64,000 bases of DNA. Origin: Octopus vulgaris (taxonomy: Eukaryota). The translations under genes and the position numbers were made by a program. Of this stretch, positions 43,203-57,267 are shown in pieces. A model generated the notes under the pieces. That model did not search any database. It was not told the origin of the DNA and saw only the letters and a program-made list of their open reading frames with translations. The stretch covers positions 110,236,001-110,300,000 of the forward strand of contig OX597823.1 in the NCBI GenBank assembly GCA_951406725.2, read 5' to 3'. Positions within the stretch are counted from its first letter, which is position 1. The number at the start of each line of letters is the position of its first letter.

Positions 43203-44062
43203 GTGACTTAAAATTGTATGATAGATTGCTGTCATTTCTTTCTCTCTTGCCTGTTTGTGTTTGCCTTTCAAGTGCTGTGGTTTTACTGAGATCTCCCTTT
43301 TAGTAGAAAGAATAGCTATAACTCTTTGACTGCTATTTCTAAATTCGGTGTGTGGTGAGGCAAATCGTTGCTAAACCCTTAATTACTTAGTATATATATA
43401 CATATCACGCGACCGACCACAGTATCAGATGTTACACATCGCAGGTCGCAATGCATTTTTGCATTGTTTTTGCCTTCAGATGGCGCCACCCCGCTGGGTA
43501 CACTACTAAGACAACAATTTCCTCTGATAGAAGGGAGATTGGAGCGATGTAAAATGAAGTGTTTTGCTCAAAAACACTACGAGCTCCCTAGTCAGGGCAT
43601 TTAACCCATGATCTAGCGATCGTGAGTGCAACAGCCTAACCACCATATATATAAATATATATGAACAGACGAACGCATATTTACACAAGGATGTGTTAGT
43701 GTATAGGCAAGTCTATACATATGCATCTATGCACAAAGATGAGATAGCAAGGTAGATAGCTATATACACATTTACGTATAGATATATATATATAGAGATA
43801 TAGATATGCCTAAATACTAAACTGAATAGCAGTAAACATCGCACATATTCGCGTGTGCACCGACATAATCACGTACAAACGCAAGTACACAGCCCACGAT
43901 TACCCTAAAGGTAATTTCATTGAAAAACATAAGAACGTGGCACTAAATGCAAAGGTTTGAATAGATGCACATGTGAACGATAGAATCATTGTTTAGAGGT
44001 GTCTCAAAGAGTGATCTTTGTTTCTAGTGGTGAGAATGACAAAGCAGTATGGAGGATTTCAA

Positions 44063-44273
44063 GGCGGCGAGTTGGCAGAAACGTTAGCACGCCGGGCGAA
44101 ATGCTTAGCAGTAATTTCTCTGGCGCTACGTTCTGCGCCGAGGTCGACTTTGTCTTTCATCCTTTCGGCGTCGATAAATTAAATACCAGTTACGCACTGT
44201 AATCGACTTGATCCGCTTGTATGTCCTTGTTTCTCTCTTCTATGTTTAGCCCCTTGTGGGCAATAAAGAAATA
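44063..44273 (+). mobile_element. SINE family B with degenerate ~15-bp TSD
   Basis: Family B sequence, flanked by AGTATGGAGGATTTC and AGTATGAATGATTTC. Confidence 0.88.
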
Positions 44274-45449
44274 AGTATGAATGATTTCCTTTGAAGATCA
44301 CATATGTGGTTCACATATATTCAATGATGTGAATTTAATGGTTTGTTGAATTATTCAAAATCAAGTGTAAACTTTATGCAATTCTCAAGAAAAATCGGAT
44401 TTTATACAATTTCAGTATACCCAGTCCGCGCTAAGAAGGTATGTATCAACCTAATATAAAGATTTTTAAAAATCACAATTGACCAAGATGTCTGACAGTG
44501 GAATCGAACACAGCATCTTGAAGCTACGGACCTATGCTGTATTTCTTTTCCCCCCTCTCTCTCTTTCTCTGTGTTCACAATGATTGCCGCTGCTGCCATC
44601 TGCAGGTTGTTTTTAGTTTAAGAGGCCCAGAGAAATTGGGTATATATGCATAAGTGTGTATGCGTATTACAGACCTATGTGTGTTGTATGCGCCTCAATG
44701 TTTCATTTTTGGTTTAATGTTTTCTTGCGTTTTTCTCTTTCTCTAAGAAATAATAATGATTTTGGGGGAGAAAAAATATTTATGTCTCAACAGATTTATC
44801 ACTGAAATCTGTCTTGTAATTTGTATTTTCTCTGTGTGCTTGTGTCAGTGTTTTTGTGCGTGTGTGTATGTATATGTGTACGTTTGTGTATAAGTATGTG
44901 CATATTAGTTTGTACCAGAATGCATATGTCTGTGTATGCGTATTTCATCGTGGTTGTGTTTCTGTTTTTCTACGAAAGTGTACTTGTTTGCTGAGATAAT
45001 GCCCAATCGTATGTGTGTGTTTGTCTGTGTATTTAAGCCATTTTCGCTTTGTTATGTGTCTGTGAATGCGTTTGTTTATATGTGTAAGAGTGTCTCTTTG
45101 CGTATGTATGTAAACTTGTACGTTTATGGACATGTGAGAGTGTGTGTTTATATGCGTGTGCTTATGTGTTTGTGACAGTAAGAATTTTTTGTGTATGAAA
45201 TTGTGTCTGTGTTTTTATGTTTGTGAGTGAAAAAGAGAGAGAGAGAAACGGGGAGGGGGAAGAAAAAAAAAGGAAGAAAAAGTGAGAGAGAGAGTGTAGG
45301 TGTCATTTCCTACAAAGATTATTGTATATTTTATTATCCATTTCTTCATTTCAAAATGATGTTTATTTCGTTTATTTATTATCTTTTTTATTGTTTTGTC
45401 GCTTTTATTATTATTATTGCTGTTATTTATAGTTGTTGTTGCATCTTTC

Positions 45450-47193
45450 TTGAAATTCTATCAAGTTCTTTGTTTTACTTTGGATTAAAATCATGTTTAT
45501 TGCCTTTCACTTCTAACAGCCAATTCAATCTTGGCAACTCGATTTAATATTTTCCAGTCAATTTTATCTATGGCATTTTTACTTTAACAATAATTTATAA
45601 TATAACAATAGTGAACTTTTTGATATTCTATATTTTATTTTTCTCCATTAAGTTCGGCTAGAGAATATGGTGTATTAAAACTGTTATTCTGTGATTTAAA
45701 AATGTTTGTTCCTATGAGTATATGAACTTCAATTTTTCTTTCTTTGATATATATACACTGAAATTCAATATGTCGATTCTTCCTACATCATTGTTGATCG
45801 TTTCTTGTTTTTCAACAGTTTTTGCAAATTTCTACCAGTGTTTATTTTTCTTGCCATTCGCTATACCATTTATTCCTTTTTCAAAACACTATTCAACGTT
45901 TGTTTTTTTTTTAAACTAGTTCCTTCAATGCATGGTCACTTGTAAACTCTTCTATTCTAAGCTTTCTTAAAAATTTACGAACCCATTTAAGGTATCTAGT
46001 TTAAAACTTCCATTTATTTTTTAGAATTTTCTTTTCACAAGAATGGCATTACTATTCCCAGTATTAATATTTACTATTTTAACGATAGATTGGCAGTGTC
46101 ATTATGGAGTTTTGGACAAAATGCCATAATATATTTCTTCATGCATATTACGGTCTTGGGGAGAGATTACACAATTGTTACTTAATTTATCGACCCCGAA
46201 AGGAAGAAAAGCAAAGTCGACCTCGGCGGAATTTCAACTCAGAACGTAAAGACAGGCAAAATGCTCTGAATACCTATTTCTATTTCTTTACTACCCACAA
46301 GGGGCTAAACACAGAGAAGACAAACAAGGACAGACAAATGGATTAAGTCGATTACATCGACCGCAGAGCGTAACTGATACTAATTTAATCGACCCCGAAA
46401 GGATGAAAGGCAGAGTCGACCTCGGCGGAATTTGAACTCAGAACGTAACGGCAGACGAAATACTGCTAAGCATTTCGCCCGGCGTGCTAACGTTTCTTTC
46501 TCTATTGCCCACAAGGGGCTACACACAGAGGGGGCAAATAAGGACAAACAAACGGATTAAGTGCGTAAATGGTGCTTTTTATTCGACTCCGAAAGGATGA
46601 AAGGCAAAGTCAAATCCTGCTGAGGTCAATAGTTTTTATTCTTTTTGATGACGATGCACTAGAATACAAGCCAAACGCTTGGGTCGATATAATCAGCTAT
46701 ACCCTTCCACCAAATTTTTAACTTTTAATAGAACATTATAAGAAACCATTTTTAGCAATATCAAGTCACAGAAGACTGAGGTTTTACGGCTGCTTAAGCC
46801 ATGTTACTGAGGCATCTACTTTTTACTTTCTTGCAAACTCTCTATGATTGCAAATGCACTTTATGATTTTAGATTAGATATATATCCTGCTAAGATAAGA
46901 TGAGGTATTTGCAAATTCGAAGTATCAAACGTTTCCGCAAATCAACGGAATTTATACAAAACCTTTGGCATTTCCCTGCCGCTTGGTTTATTGCACTTAA
47001 GTTTATTTGATTTTCATGACTGAATTGTTTCTGCCCTCAGTTTTCTTGCAAATAGTTTTTTGAAGTTCCCTATTTGCTTTAAATAAATTCTTGAAAAGTT
47101 TACCTTTGTTGCTGTTTATTCTTTCTGTAGTATTTTCTTATATTCTTATGAGATGGATGCACCCACGCACACACAGTTACACAGTCATGCACA

Positions 47194-47226
<33 letters not shown>

Positions 47227-48528
47227 TCGTATACACCTACATATGATAAAGATGGAGTCTAGATGGTAAAATCTTCGATTATCCCAGTTGAACTCCAACT
47301 GCGTGGATTTATGAAACGGTTTCAGTTTCGTTTGTGGTTAACCTGCGTTGTTTTCAAGCAGAGAATATTTAAGACAACGTTAAGCAAAATGTTCGACCTC
47401 TTTTGAGTTGATAGTTTGTAATTTGTGAGTGATTTAGTTGTTAATCCCTCTCTTGACTGGTGAAGAAGATGATCTGACACCAAAGAGCTGTACTTTATAT
47501 TCTTTTCTACTCTAGGTACAAGGCTCGAAATTTTGGGGGAGAGGGCCAGTCTATTAGATCGACCCCAGTACGCAACTGGTATTTAGTTTATCCACCCCCG
47601 AAAGGATGAAAGGCAAAGTAGACCTCGGCGGAATTTTATCAATAATCACATAAATAAAGTTGGTCAATAGTCTACAATCTACATTTCTTATTAATTTTTT
47701 TGAAACAATGTTCGAAAGTGTTTTTGCCATGTCGCTTCGTTTGAATTATGTTGGCAGTTTCTCCCTGTGAAGAAGAATATTAATCTCGCAGAAATTTTAA
47801 CTTCTGAAACTAGAGATAAATAACTGTCTATATTTTCTCATTCACTCCTGGAAATTTTTAGATAAAGTTGTATTGGTTTAAACTATTATATAGTTCTAGC
47901 TGAGCTTCAACTAAAACTTTTAGCTGCTAAAACGTAGAATATCACCATGAAGAAATAAAAAAGAAAATAGCATTAAATAAAATTAAAAACAAACAACTAG
48001 CATAACATAACAAATAAACATAAAACTAGAATAAAAAAATACTTGGATAGAAGAAATGGTAACAAAAATATAACAGCTTAAGAAGAACATAAAAATAACA
48101 TAACAAGTACATGAGAAATAAAACCTCTAAATAAACAATCAGATAAAACAACCCCAAAGTAATAATCTAAGCAAAAACACTAAATATTTTTGAATTGTAG
48201 TTGATGTATTGAATGGAAACAGACCATAATTTAATCAATTTTGGTTGGGAGTAGGGTGAAGGCAACTGAAGGTGTGGTCAGAGAATGTGTCTGCTGGGTG
48301 TCGCGGGAGGGACGTGTTTGTTTATATTTATTTCATCTGTCAGGTAGGAGGTATAAATCTTTTCAAATGGTTCGAAGTATGGCCGTGTGGTGTTGGCTGG
48401 ATGGTGGTCTTCTTCCCTCACGTCATGAGAGAGTATGTGAAGTGGGGGACAGGCTTTTATTGTGGGCAATTGAGAAGGGAGGTATTATCATGTTTACTAT
48501 TTATTTTATTTACGTATGTGTGTATACA

Positions 48529-48584
<56 letters not shown>

Positions 48585-48605
48585 AATATATATATATAAA
48601 TATAT

Positions 48606-48677
<72 letters not shown>

Positions 48678-48957
48678 TATGTATTTATGTATGCATGCTT
48701 GTATGTTTGTATGCATTGGTTTGTTATATTCTGTTTTTCTTACTACGAAACATCTTAAAATAATACAGTTTCTGTAAGCTTATAGTTTTGCAGAATAAAA
48801 TTTTTTGCTGAGAAATTTATCACTCTGTATTTCGTTTTTGCTTTATTTCTCACCAATTGTGTGTGGTGTGTGTGTGTAGGTATTATGTATGCATGTATGC
48901 ATCTCTCTCTCATTCTCTCTCTGTATATGCGTGCGTATACAAATATAAGCATTATTT

Positions 48958-49017
<60 letters not shown>

Positions 49018-49955
49018 AAATGGAACAAAAACGCAATAAACGACTATAAAACCTCCGGTCAGATAGACGATACAAAGGCGGACAAAAAAAACAACAATTA
49101 GAGGGACAGGAGAAAAAGGACGAGTCATTCGTGATTTTCTTTCATCAGTCAAGTTACCAGGTGTTCTTACAGTTTCGGGCAGTTAGAGTTGAGACTATCA
49201 GATCTGGTTGTCTCCCAAAAACGTCTAAGCTAAGAGCATTAGATTTTTTGTAAGAAAGTTAGTGAATGTGTATGACAACAAAGACAAAAAACAGAGAACA
49301 TGGTACCACAATTACAAATACAAACAAGAATATAACAACAATTGTCTTTTGACTGAGGATGAATCATATATGTCTGTATATGTATGTGTGTGTGTGTGTG
49401 TATGTATATATATATATGTCAATATAAATATGCATGTATGTAGATCGATAACTATCTATCTGTCTATTCATGTGTGTGTGTGAGTATGCGTGTGGGCATG
49501 TATGTATCTCGCTCTCATTATATATTGTTCTGAGTCAAAAACTTTTGCTATATTTTGTTTACTTGTTTGCTGTATTCGTCAATTTGCAACAAAGCAGCCC
49601 TGCATTTATAGTAGAGACTATTGTGTTGCAACGTCTGAAGTCACCTTTTTGTCAGTTGTTTTGTTTTACGCTGGTAGCGGTTCTCCTTCGGGGCGAAAAA
49701 CTCCTTCGCTGAAGTGTCCACGTCCTCTAGTTGTTGAAGCGTTGTGAGTACAGGACATGATCCATGGATCAGGACAAGTGATAATCCATCCGAAGGGGAT
49801 ATTTTTCTACAATCCTAACGTGCATAATCAGTGGTTAATCAAAGGCTAGCTTCTGGAACCTTTCAGCAAACATGGGCATTTCGAACATAAGGTTTCGTAG
49901 AAACAAATGCTTACAGTGTAGACGTCGTTCATAGTGCTCATTGAAAATGTTCACT
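45450..49955 (-). pseudogene. TLR-like pseudogene 9, near full length
   Basis: LFLRNLMFEMPMFAERFQKLAFD*PLIMH and FSEGVFRP../VKQNN (49650-49910). [25 protein letters not shown] (48755-48835). STF*QLKVLVE.. (47900). NLSLL*LDIAKNG (46745-46785). TM ILILGIVMPFL then KNKWKF*TRYL (45990-46070). TIR-like IKERKIEVHILIGTNIFKS (45690-45750). Confidence 0.63.
46175..46612 (-). mobile_element. Nested/tandem cluster of three SINE family B copies (near-complete copy 46275-46497)
   Basis: Repeated CCGAAAGGA(T/A)GAAA.GCA(A/G)AGTC and CCTCGGCGGAATTT motifs. Another partial copy lies at ~47500-47635. Confidence 0.85.
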
Positions 49956-49958
49956 ATG

Positions 49959-50826
49959 TGCGAGGTGGCATCAAAACATTCCCGAACATATGGCAGCACA
50001 CGGTTGCATTAGCAGTGAGAGATAACAGTGATTTTCATGAGATAGTGTGTCGAGTGACATTGCCGTGGTTAATTCGAAATTTGTGAAATTTGTGCTTTTG
50101 TGATCGCGTGTATCTCTAGTCTGTGATTTTTTGAAATTTTGCATTAGACTCGGGGTTACAAAGTTATTGAGCAAGCTTGGACAGGCTTACGACGAGGAGG
50201 GGTTTACGCAGAGTCTCGAGTGGTACGTGCGCTTCAAAAGCAGAAGAAAGCCCCTTGAACTCGATGAACGACGTGGAAGACCTATCACGAGCGTTGCCCC
50301 CGGAAATGTAGCATTAGGCATCGGGAATTCGTCCCCCAAGGTTAGACCATCAATGGAGAGTTCTACTGCGACGCTTTGAAGCGTTTAATGAAGGAAATTC
50401 GACGAAAGTGACTGGATCTGTGGAGCACGAAGAATTGGATTCTTCACGGTCACAACGCACCGCGTCACTGAGCTCTCATCACCCGTGAGTTTCTAGTCAT
50501 AAGCAACATAGTATCGCTTCCGCACCCGTCTATTCGCCTATTCGCCAGATTTGGCACCTGCGTATCCGAACTCTACCCCAAGATGAAAATGCAGCTCAAA
50601 TGTTAACGTTTTAGCATCGTTGTCGAGATTCAGAGCGATTCACAGAAGGACCTCGGTTCGCTTACGGAAAACGACTTCCAGGCTGGATTCCAAAAGTGGC
50701 AGGAATGCTGGAACTAGATGACTTCACAAGATGACTATTTCTAAGGTGATGATGTTAAAACTTAGGTATATAAATTATTTTTTATCAAACGTAGCTATTC
50801 CTGGAACTTTTTGATACTACCTCATA
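49959..50826 (+). mobile_element. Internally deleted mariner transposon
   Basis: HTH region KFCIRLG..QAY..EWYVRFKS..LDERRGRPITS; catalytic region WILHGHNAPRH..LPHP..YSPDLAP. Imperfect TIRs: GAGGTGGCATCAAAACATTCC / GGAACTTTTTGATACTACCTC. Confidence 0.88.
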
Positions 50827-51782
50827 AATATACATAAATAGAGTAGGAAGGCAATAGCGAGGTCGATGGCCTAGACACAACGAAGTGCTGGATATACAAC
50901 AGGTCGAAGAAATGTGACATGGTATCATCTTTCAGAAATGCAGGGAATAATTAACGAGTTAGAATCTCCAAAGCTACATTCTCCAATGGCCCTTAATCCA
51001 ATGCAGTCGCCCTCCTCCGAACCAAACCCGCTATGCACATCTCCACCGCCAATTTCCTCTACAGCCATGTCATTTAGAGTCCCTAGGATGGGTTAGTGAT
51101 AGATCGGGTCTAGAAGCTGCCTATTAGAGGTTCCGAGACCCCTTCCATAAGGTTAGTCTAGGTTTTAGTTGAAGGCTTAGTTGTGTTCCGAACCTAACCT
51201 CCTCCGTTTCAGTGAATCGGGAGCCCAATTAGCCTCCCGGCAAAAAGGCATACCTATTATTTATACCTTAGTTAACCTTGATGTCTTACGTGCTTCTATG
51301 CGTCATGAACTTATAACTATTGACCTTATGCGTTACTTGCTTCAATGTGAATTACTCATAAAATCACTTTGAATGCTGTTTTTTGTGCTCTAATTGCTCT
51401 GCATTTTCGCCGGAATCAGCACTTTTCTTCCCACCTTTGCTATTTACTCATAGGACGAGGGGGTTAGGTGAGGGGAGAGTTGGTGTCAAAAGGGCTGGCA
51501 TGTGCAACTTGATCACCTCTGCCAGTCAAACTCCTGACCTATGCGTTCCTGTCGCGACACTGATTGCGCAGAACTGGGTTGGGTGTGAAACTAAAACTCA
51601 ACAAACGAGATTTATGTGTATTTTCAAAATCATGCTATTTTGCGGCCAAATTTGAGTTTTTCACTTTTCTTCTGCATTCCTTTTTTGTCCGACTAATGGC
51701 ATGTTCACAGTCCCACTAATTTTCCATGATTATGCCGAAGTCCAATGAATATCAATTAATCTCATAAAAAGCTCCAACTACA

Positions 51783-51949
51783 TATACGACGGGCTTCTTT
51801 CAGCATCCGTCTACCAAATCCACTGACAAGGCTTTGGCTGGCCCGAGGCTATAGTAGAAGACACTTGCCCAAGGTGCCACACAGTGGGACTGAACACAGA
51901 ACCCTATGGTTGGTAAGCAAGCTACTTACCACATAACTACTTCTATGCC
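51783..51949 (-). mobile_element. SINE family A, 5' half
   Basis: Homologous to the heads of the 5157-5595 and 41188-41598 copies. Confidence 0.85.
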
Positions 51950-52281
51950 TATAGGAAAAACATTTCATAACTATAATCATGCATGCATGTATGTATGTAT
52001 GTATGTATGTATGTATGTATGTATGTATGTATGTATGTGTATATGTATGTGTATATGTATGTGTGCATGTATGTATAGAGAGAGTGAGGGAGGGGGAGAC
52101 AAATGTATGGATATGTAAATATGTATATATAAATATAAACTTACTTGGAAACGGAGTAGAGAGTCGCATATACAGAGAGATACAGGGAGAGAGAGAGTGA
52201 GAGAGAGAGAGATAGATAGATAGATAGATACATACATACATACATACATACAAACATACATACATACATACATACATAGAC

Positions 52282-52316
<35 letters not shown>

Positions 52317-52322
52317 CAGACG

Positions 52323-52394
<72 letters not shown>

Positions 52395-54172
52395 TCATGT
52401 ACATGCACACAGAATAAAAATTGTTAATATAGAAAATTAAATAGCAATGAAAATAAAAATGATTGAAATTAGCTATTTCATACTCTTATTTACATTTCGC
52501 TAGTCAACAGATTTTTATTTCTATACATTTAATTTTATTTCATTTAACGTTTTTTTCTCTCTTTCATTTTTTCTTCATTTTATCACATTTACATTTTATC
52601 CGCCTCCATCTACAATGTTGTTATTGGAGCAATTAAACTGATTATGTTTTTGCTGGGATTTTTTTGTGGCTGCAATAGCCATTTTAATTTTTATTGAACG
52701 GTATTTTTTTGTGTGAATTTTATTAGATCATAGAAATATTTTTAATATGTTTTTAATATTTTTATATCAAATATCATGCAGTTTTTGTTTATCTGTTACA
52801 CTGTGGAGCTATTTGTTGCGCCTTATTAAAACGGTAAACAAACAAGATGACGCTAAAAATGAAACAATTTATCAAAACAAAAAGTTGGAAAAATAAACAA
52901 TAAACAATAATACAAAAAAGTATCTAATTTTGATTTACTGTCTAATAAATAATTTTTTAAATTTCGTATTTTGTTCTGATTTTTTATATTTAAAATGAGA
53001 AAGCGGGAATTAAAAATAAATAAAAAAATCTGCAGCTTTTGGAACGAGTAGCTGCATATAAAATATTGAATATTGTTTTAAGAAAAAATTAAACTAAAGA
53101 ATCTAATATTACGTATGCAAAAATTAAAAAAGATGTAATAAATTTCTCTTTTCCATCTTGTGCTTATATTTTATAAATATACTTCTTTTCGAGACTATAT
53201 TAATGCTTTTGTTTTTTTACCAATATTTATGATTATATTTATTTTTATATTTCTCAAATAACTCTTCGATTTAATTTGACATATTTATTCTTCTTTTAAC
53301 AATTAGATTCCATTTTCGCAAGTCATCAAGAATATTTCAGCTTGCAAAGTTCGGAGTCTGTGAGATGAATTATATTCCAAGACGAAAGAATATCAATTCC
53401 TTTTCACACTCTAAGTCCATCATAAAATTAAAGTTGATACGATTTGAAATGAAAATGCAACTTCCACATCAATTACATGAACGTTTTGTAATCGATTCTG
53501 TTCTGTCTTCCAGATTGTCAGCCCTGGATTTGCTCTAACAAAATCGATAATTGTATTTCAGTTGACAAATAATGTGCACTTCATATTACAATTCATTTCA
53601 ACTTTCATCTACTGCCTTAGGCTTCACACAATTTCCTTTACGCCAGTTTCTCTTACAAGATTTTTGATCGAGACGAGTTTATAGCAAAAGTAAAGCAGTG
53701 AGGTGTTTAATGGATTTGAACTCAGAACGACATAGATGGGAGTGAGCGTATTACAATACAGCAATGCGGGAGCAAGACTCATTAGATCTTGCTTTATTGC
53801 AACAGACTTTAAGCAGCTAATATGTGTTAAGACCTGCTATGTAAGCAAGACCACACACAAATAACTGCTCTAACCACCGGATGTTATTTCACCCTGATAC
53901 ATTGAGGATGCACTTTCAATGACTAACTGAAGATATTATTTGTCCATAAAGGAAATTCTGTTTTAGGAAACGGAATCAATACCAATAAAAAAAATCACTT
54001 TTATTTTTGTTCTTAGCTTTTTGCCAGATGAGAAGAAAATGCAGTCATCTGAAGAAGAGGGAAGAGAAACGCCTGTAATTTTTTTTACCTGATTTACATA
54101 TATAGCTTCATACATACACGCATATAAGTACATATATCTAGACACATATATATGCAGTGGAATACAGGTAAG

Positions 54173-54228
<56 letters not shown>

Positions 54229-54409
54229 CGAAGAGAGTGATTCCGATTATGGCTTATCAGGTCAAAACTTGTAAGTTACTGTCGATCCTATTCTTGTTTG
54301 AGAATAATAAATGTGTACTCAAACAAATGTATTGAGTAAGCTTTCAGTTTAATGTAAAATTATATTTATTACATCAAGAACATTAATATTATATGTATGA
54401 ATGTACTCG

Positions 54410-56100
54410 GCTCTGGTTTATACTATACCTACCACAAACCTAATGAATCCCTAAAATACATTAACGTTAAATGCAATCACCCGCGGTCTGTTTAACTTGT
54501 GTTGTCAATGGTATTTCCATTAAGATCTCCAACATCTCTGCTAACGAAGACACCTTCGCTAATCATACACCCTACCTGAACCAGACTCTTCTTACTAGCG
54601 GCTTCTCGGGGGAAATTCAACTACTTTCCCAGCACAGGACTAAAATCAGAGTAGATATGTTAACATACATAACAATAATAATAAACTTAAACCCATCGAT
54701 GTCACTAAATAACACTAAACAGGTCACCACTTCCTGTAAACATTGTGTATCTACTATGAGATAAAGCTCGTGTCTAGGAAGCGAACATTTTGATCATTCT
54801 AAGTAAATCGCTCTCAATATGTAACAGAAAGAATATGAAAAATATGAAGTATGAAGTTCTATGGTTCACAACATAAAGCTATACTCTTCCTTGATTTTCT
54901 CATATCTAACTTCCCACCTCAATAGGAATACAATCAAACTCTCTTATTCCACCCCACCTAACCGCCGATTTTAAATTTCTGCATAAAAAAAACGAAAGCT
55001 GAAATCTCTACGAATAAGCCTGATAGTTCCCGTTACGACATCCAGTATATTTATAATAACAATGATAAAGATTCTCATAACTGCTCTCATATCAATAACC
55101 AATAGCATTAATATCTTTTATAAGCAAAACAATAACCTCAGTAACAATCCAATAAATAATATGGATCACTAAAATAGTTATGGCAACAGCAAAACCAATT
55201 TAGCCAAAAATGAATATAAAAGTACGACAGAAAATGTGAAATATATTAATAACATTAATAACACTGATACTGATTATAACATGACTAATAGTTACAGTAA
55301 CGAGTATAATCATAATAATGATGATGGCAGTAGTTGTACACATAATGGGTACTCCATTAAAGCAACGTCAATAAAGAAGATACCAGTACGATTAATAAAG
55401 CTGATTATAATGTGAACTATCCTAATCAGGCTACTACAAGCTGCAAAAGCACTGATTGTAGTCGGGGACCACAGTAACAAACATGGTTGCATGACCCTCT
55501 ACTGATATCGCTTTTCTCTCGGATAGCGTAACAAACAGCATTCACGGTTATGTTAAGTATAATACTAATAGTTGTGGATCCCGACTATAATATTGACGGA
55601 TATCCAAGCGGCTTTAATGAAAAAAAACTATAATGCTAATAATGACAATGGCGTAGTTGATAGTATTAATGATAAGACTAATAATAGTGATACCTATATC
55701 GATCTAGACGTGATAGATGTGCACGGCGGGTAGCATGACCTAAGATTGGCAAGCGTAGACCTCCTATTAATTGTCTCTTGAAGGTCCATTGAATTGCTAC
55801 CACAACACATGCTTATTCCACTAGGATTTACACTGGGTCAACGATCGATTTTAAGTGCCGATTCCTTGCACATCTTATCTCTTTCTCCAATACTAGCAGT
55901 AAATTATCTACTTCTCTGGCCACTTGGAGGAAGCTTAAGGTGTTCTTCACAACATAATCGATTCTGGAACACCGTATATGGGAATTGGACTACCATGTGA
56001 TATATGCTGCTACGAATCGCTCAGAATATTACGTGAGAACGAGGGCCTCCTTTTTAATGTTTTTTCTGACGTAATTACTTCCACTGACATCGTTATTACA
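54410..56100 (+). mobile_element. Decayed Penelope-like element (RT thumb, Asn-rich low-complexity linker, GIY-YIG)
   Basis: YHKPNESLKYINVKCNHP, ISNISANEDTF..PYLNQTLLTSGF, LNRNTIKLSYS, TGSTIDFKCRFLAHLISF and CDICCYESLRIL..LLFN. Confidence 0.8.
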
Positions 56101-56965
56101 AAACTCTTCCATATTATCATAAATCATAATTCGCTATTTGAATCAGTTGTCTATGTATTCGACTCTCTATCCATTTATTACACTTTCTCCTTAACAGTCG
56201 TTCTCTACCTTTGGGGAATTTCTCTTCCTTTTCACATACCCACAACTATTTACTCTCGTTTCTTCTTTTGATACCAGTTCGCTGTCAAATCTTCTTCCGC
56301 GCGTTTCTCTCTCATACGGAAGGGCTGGCACAATAGTGTAATGGTCTACACTAATGCAAATAACAGTATTCATTTCTGTGGTATACGAAGAGGTGCTGAA
56401 AGGGTATTGTGAAAGGTCTGGTTGGAAGCCCAAACTTTCGATTTCTTTTACAGAGCCCAGCACAAACTGACGGGCCGCTGCAATAAGTGTGAACATGAGA
56501 GCTGAGTATGTTGAATATAAACATAATTGACAGATCTTCCGCATTTTCTTTTCTTCAAAGCCAGGAATTTTTTTAGCACCCACTCGCATATTCACTTCTG
56601 TCAAAGACACACTTAGAGAGGTACTTCACTCTAAATCTACAGAACAGCCATCAACACCGGCATTAAGGTATAATACAGGTGCTTCGACATTTTAGCTTGT
56701 TAACTGTAACATAGATATGGACATCATTAAAGTTAGACAATGTTCTGTACTCATATTCCACTTAAGGTCACCTCTGTATTATACACGACTATTGTAATAA
56801 GTCCTTATTATACATGACTATTGTATGACGATTCTTCTTCTCTTTATAATGTAACCAGTAAAAAGACCAGATTTTGACTAAGAAGTAGAGTGAATTAAGA
56901 TTTAATGAGACTACGTAGGTATTTTAGTAATCAAATGTGACGCCATCAGGTATGTTATTATAACT

Positions 56966-57267
56966 TGTTTGTTCCTTCTCGAACCATGCCTGGCTCATAA
57001 GGGCCGGTCTCCTGGTTTCTTGGCGTATAGGTTCCCCACCTGGATGGGACGCCGGTCCGTCGCAAGTGAGCTGCAAGATGCAGGAGGAAAGAGTGAGAGA
57101 AAGTTGTGGCGAAAGACTCAGCAGAATTTCGCCATTACCTTCTGCCGGAGCTGCGTGGAGCTTAGGTGATTCGCTCATAAACACACACATCGCCTAGTCT
57201 GAGATTCGAACCCGCGATCCCTCGACCGCGAGTCCGCTGCTCTAAACACTAAGCAATGTGCCTCCAC
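56966..57267 (-). mobile_element. SINE family C (tRNA-Arg-like head) with tail type 3 and 14-bp TSD
   Basis: Head GTGGAGGCACATTGCTTAGTGTTTAGAGCAGCGGACTCGCGGTCG..GGTTCGAATCT. Tail GCGACGGACCGGCGTCCCATCCAGG..GAACAAACA. TSD ATGTTATTATAACT (56952-56965) / ATGATATCATAACT (57268-57281), 12/14 identical. Confidence 0.85.

Larger units (their letters stand above)
40200..44560 (-). pseudogene. TLR-like pseudogene 8 (N-terminal LRRs 43900-44560 plus TM/TIR 40200-40680; middle missing)
   Basis: ARTGYTEIV*NPIFLENCIKFTLDFE*FN, CDLQRK and SFSPLETKITL..LFKPLHLV. TM LPFVWCVVLVLFISCCIG. TIR SAEVSRWV, VSICETDF, VIYAVFTVNRS and SNFILSS..LHVLSFIFFLL..LDYVCFP. Assigning both parts to one copy is an inference. 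Confidence 0.58.

Noticed and set aside
48240-48500. GC-richer island, possibly a PLE endonuclease C-terminal fragment
   Set aside because: Only a weak motif (FEKIYTSYLTDEIN) is visible, which is insufficient to call.
50960-51560. GC-richer patches inside the pseudogene 10 TIR region
   Set aside because: Probably repeat insertions, but no termini, TSD or protein motif could be identified.
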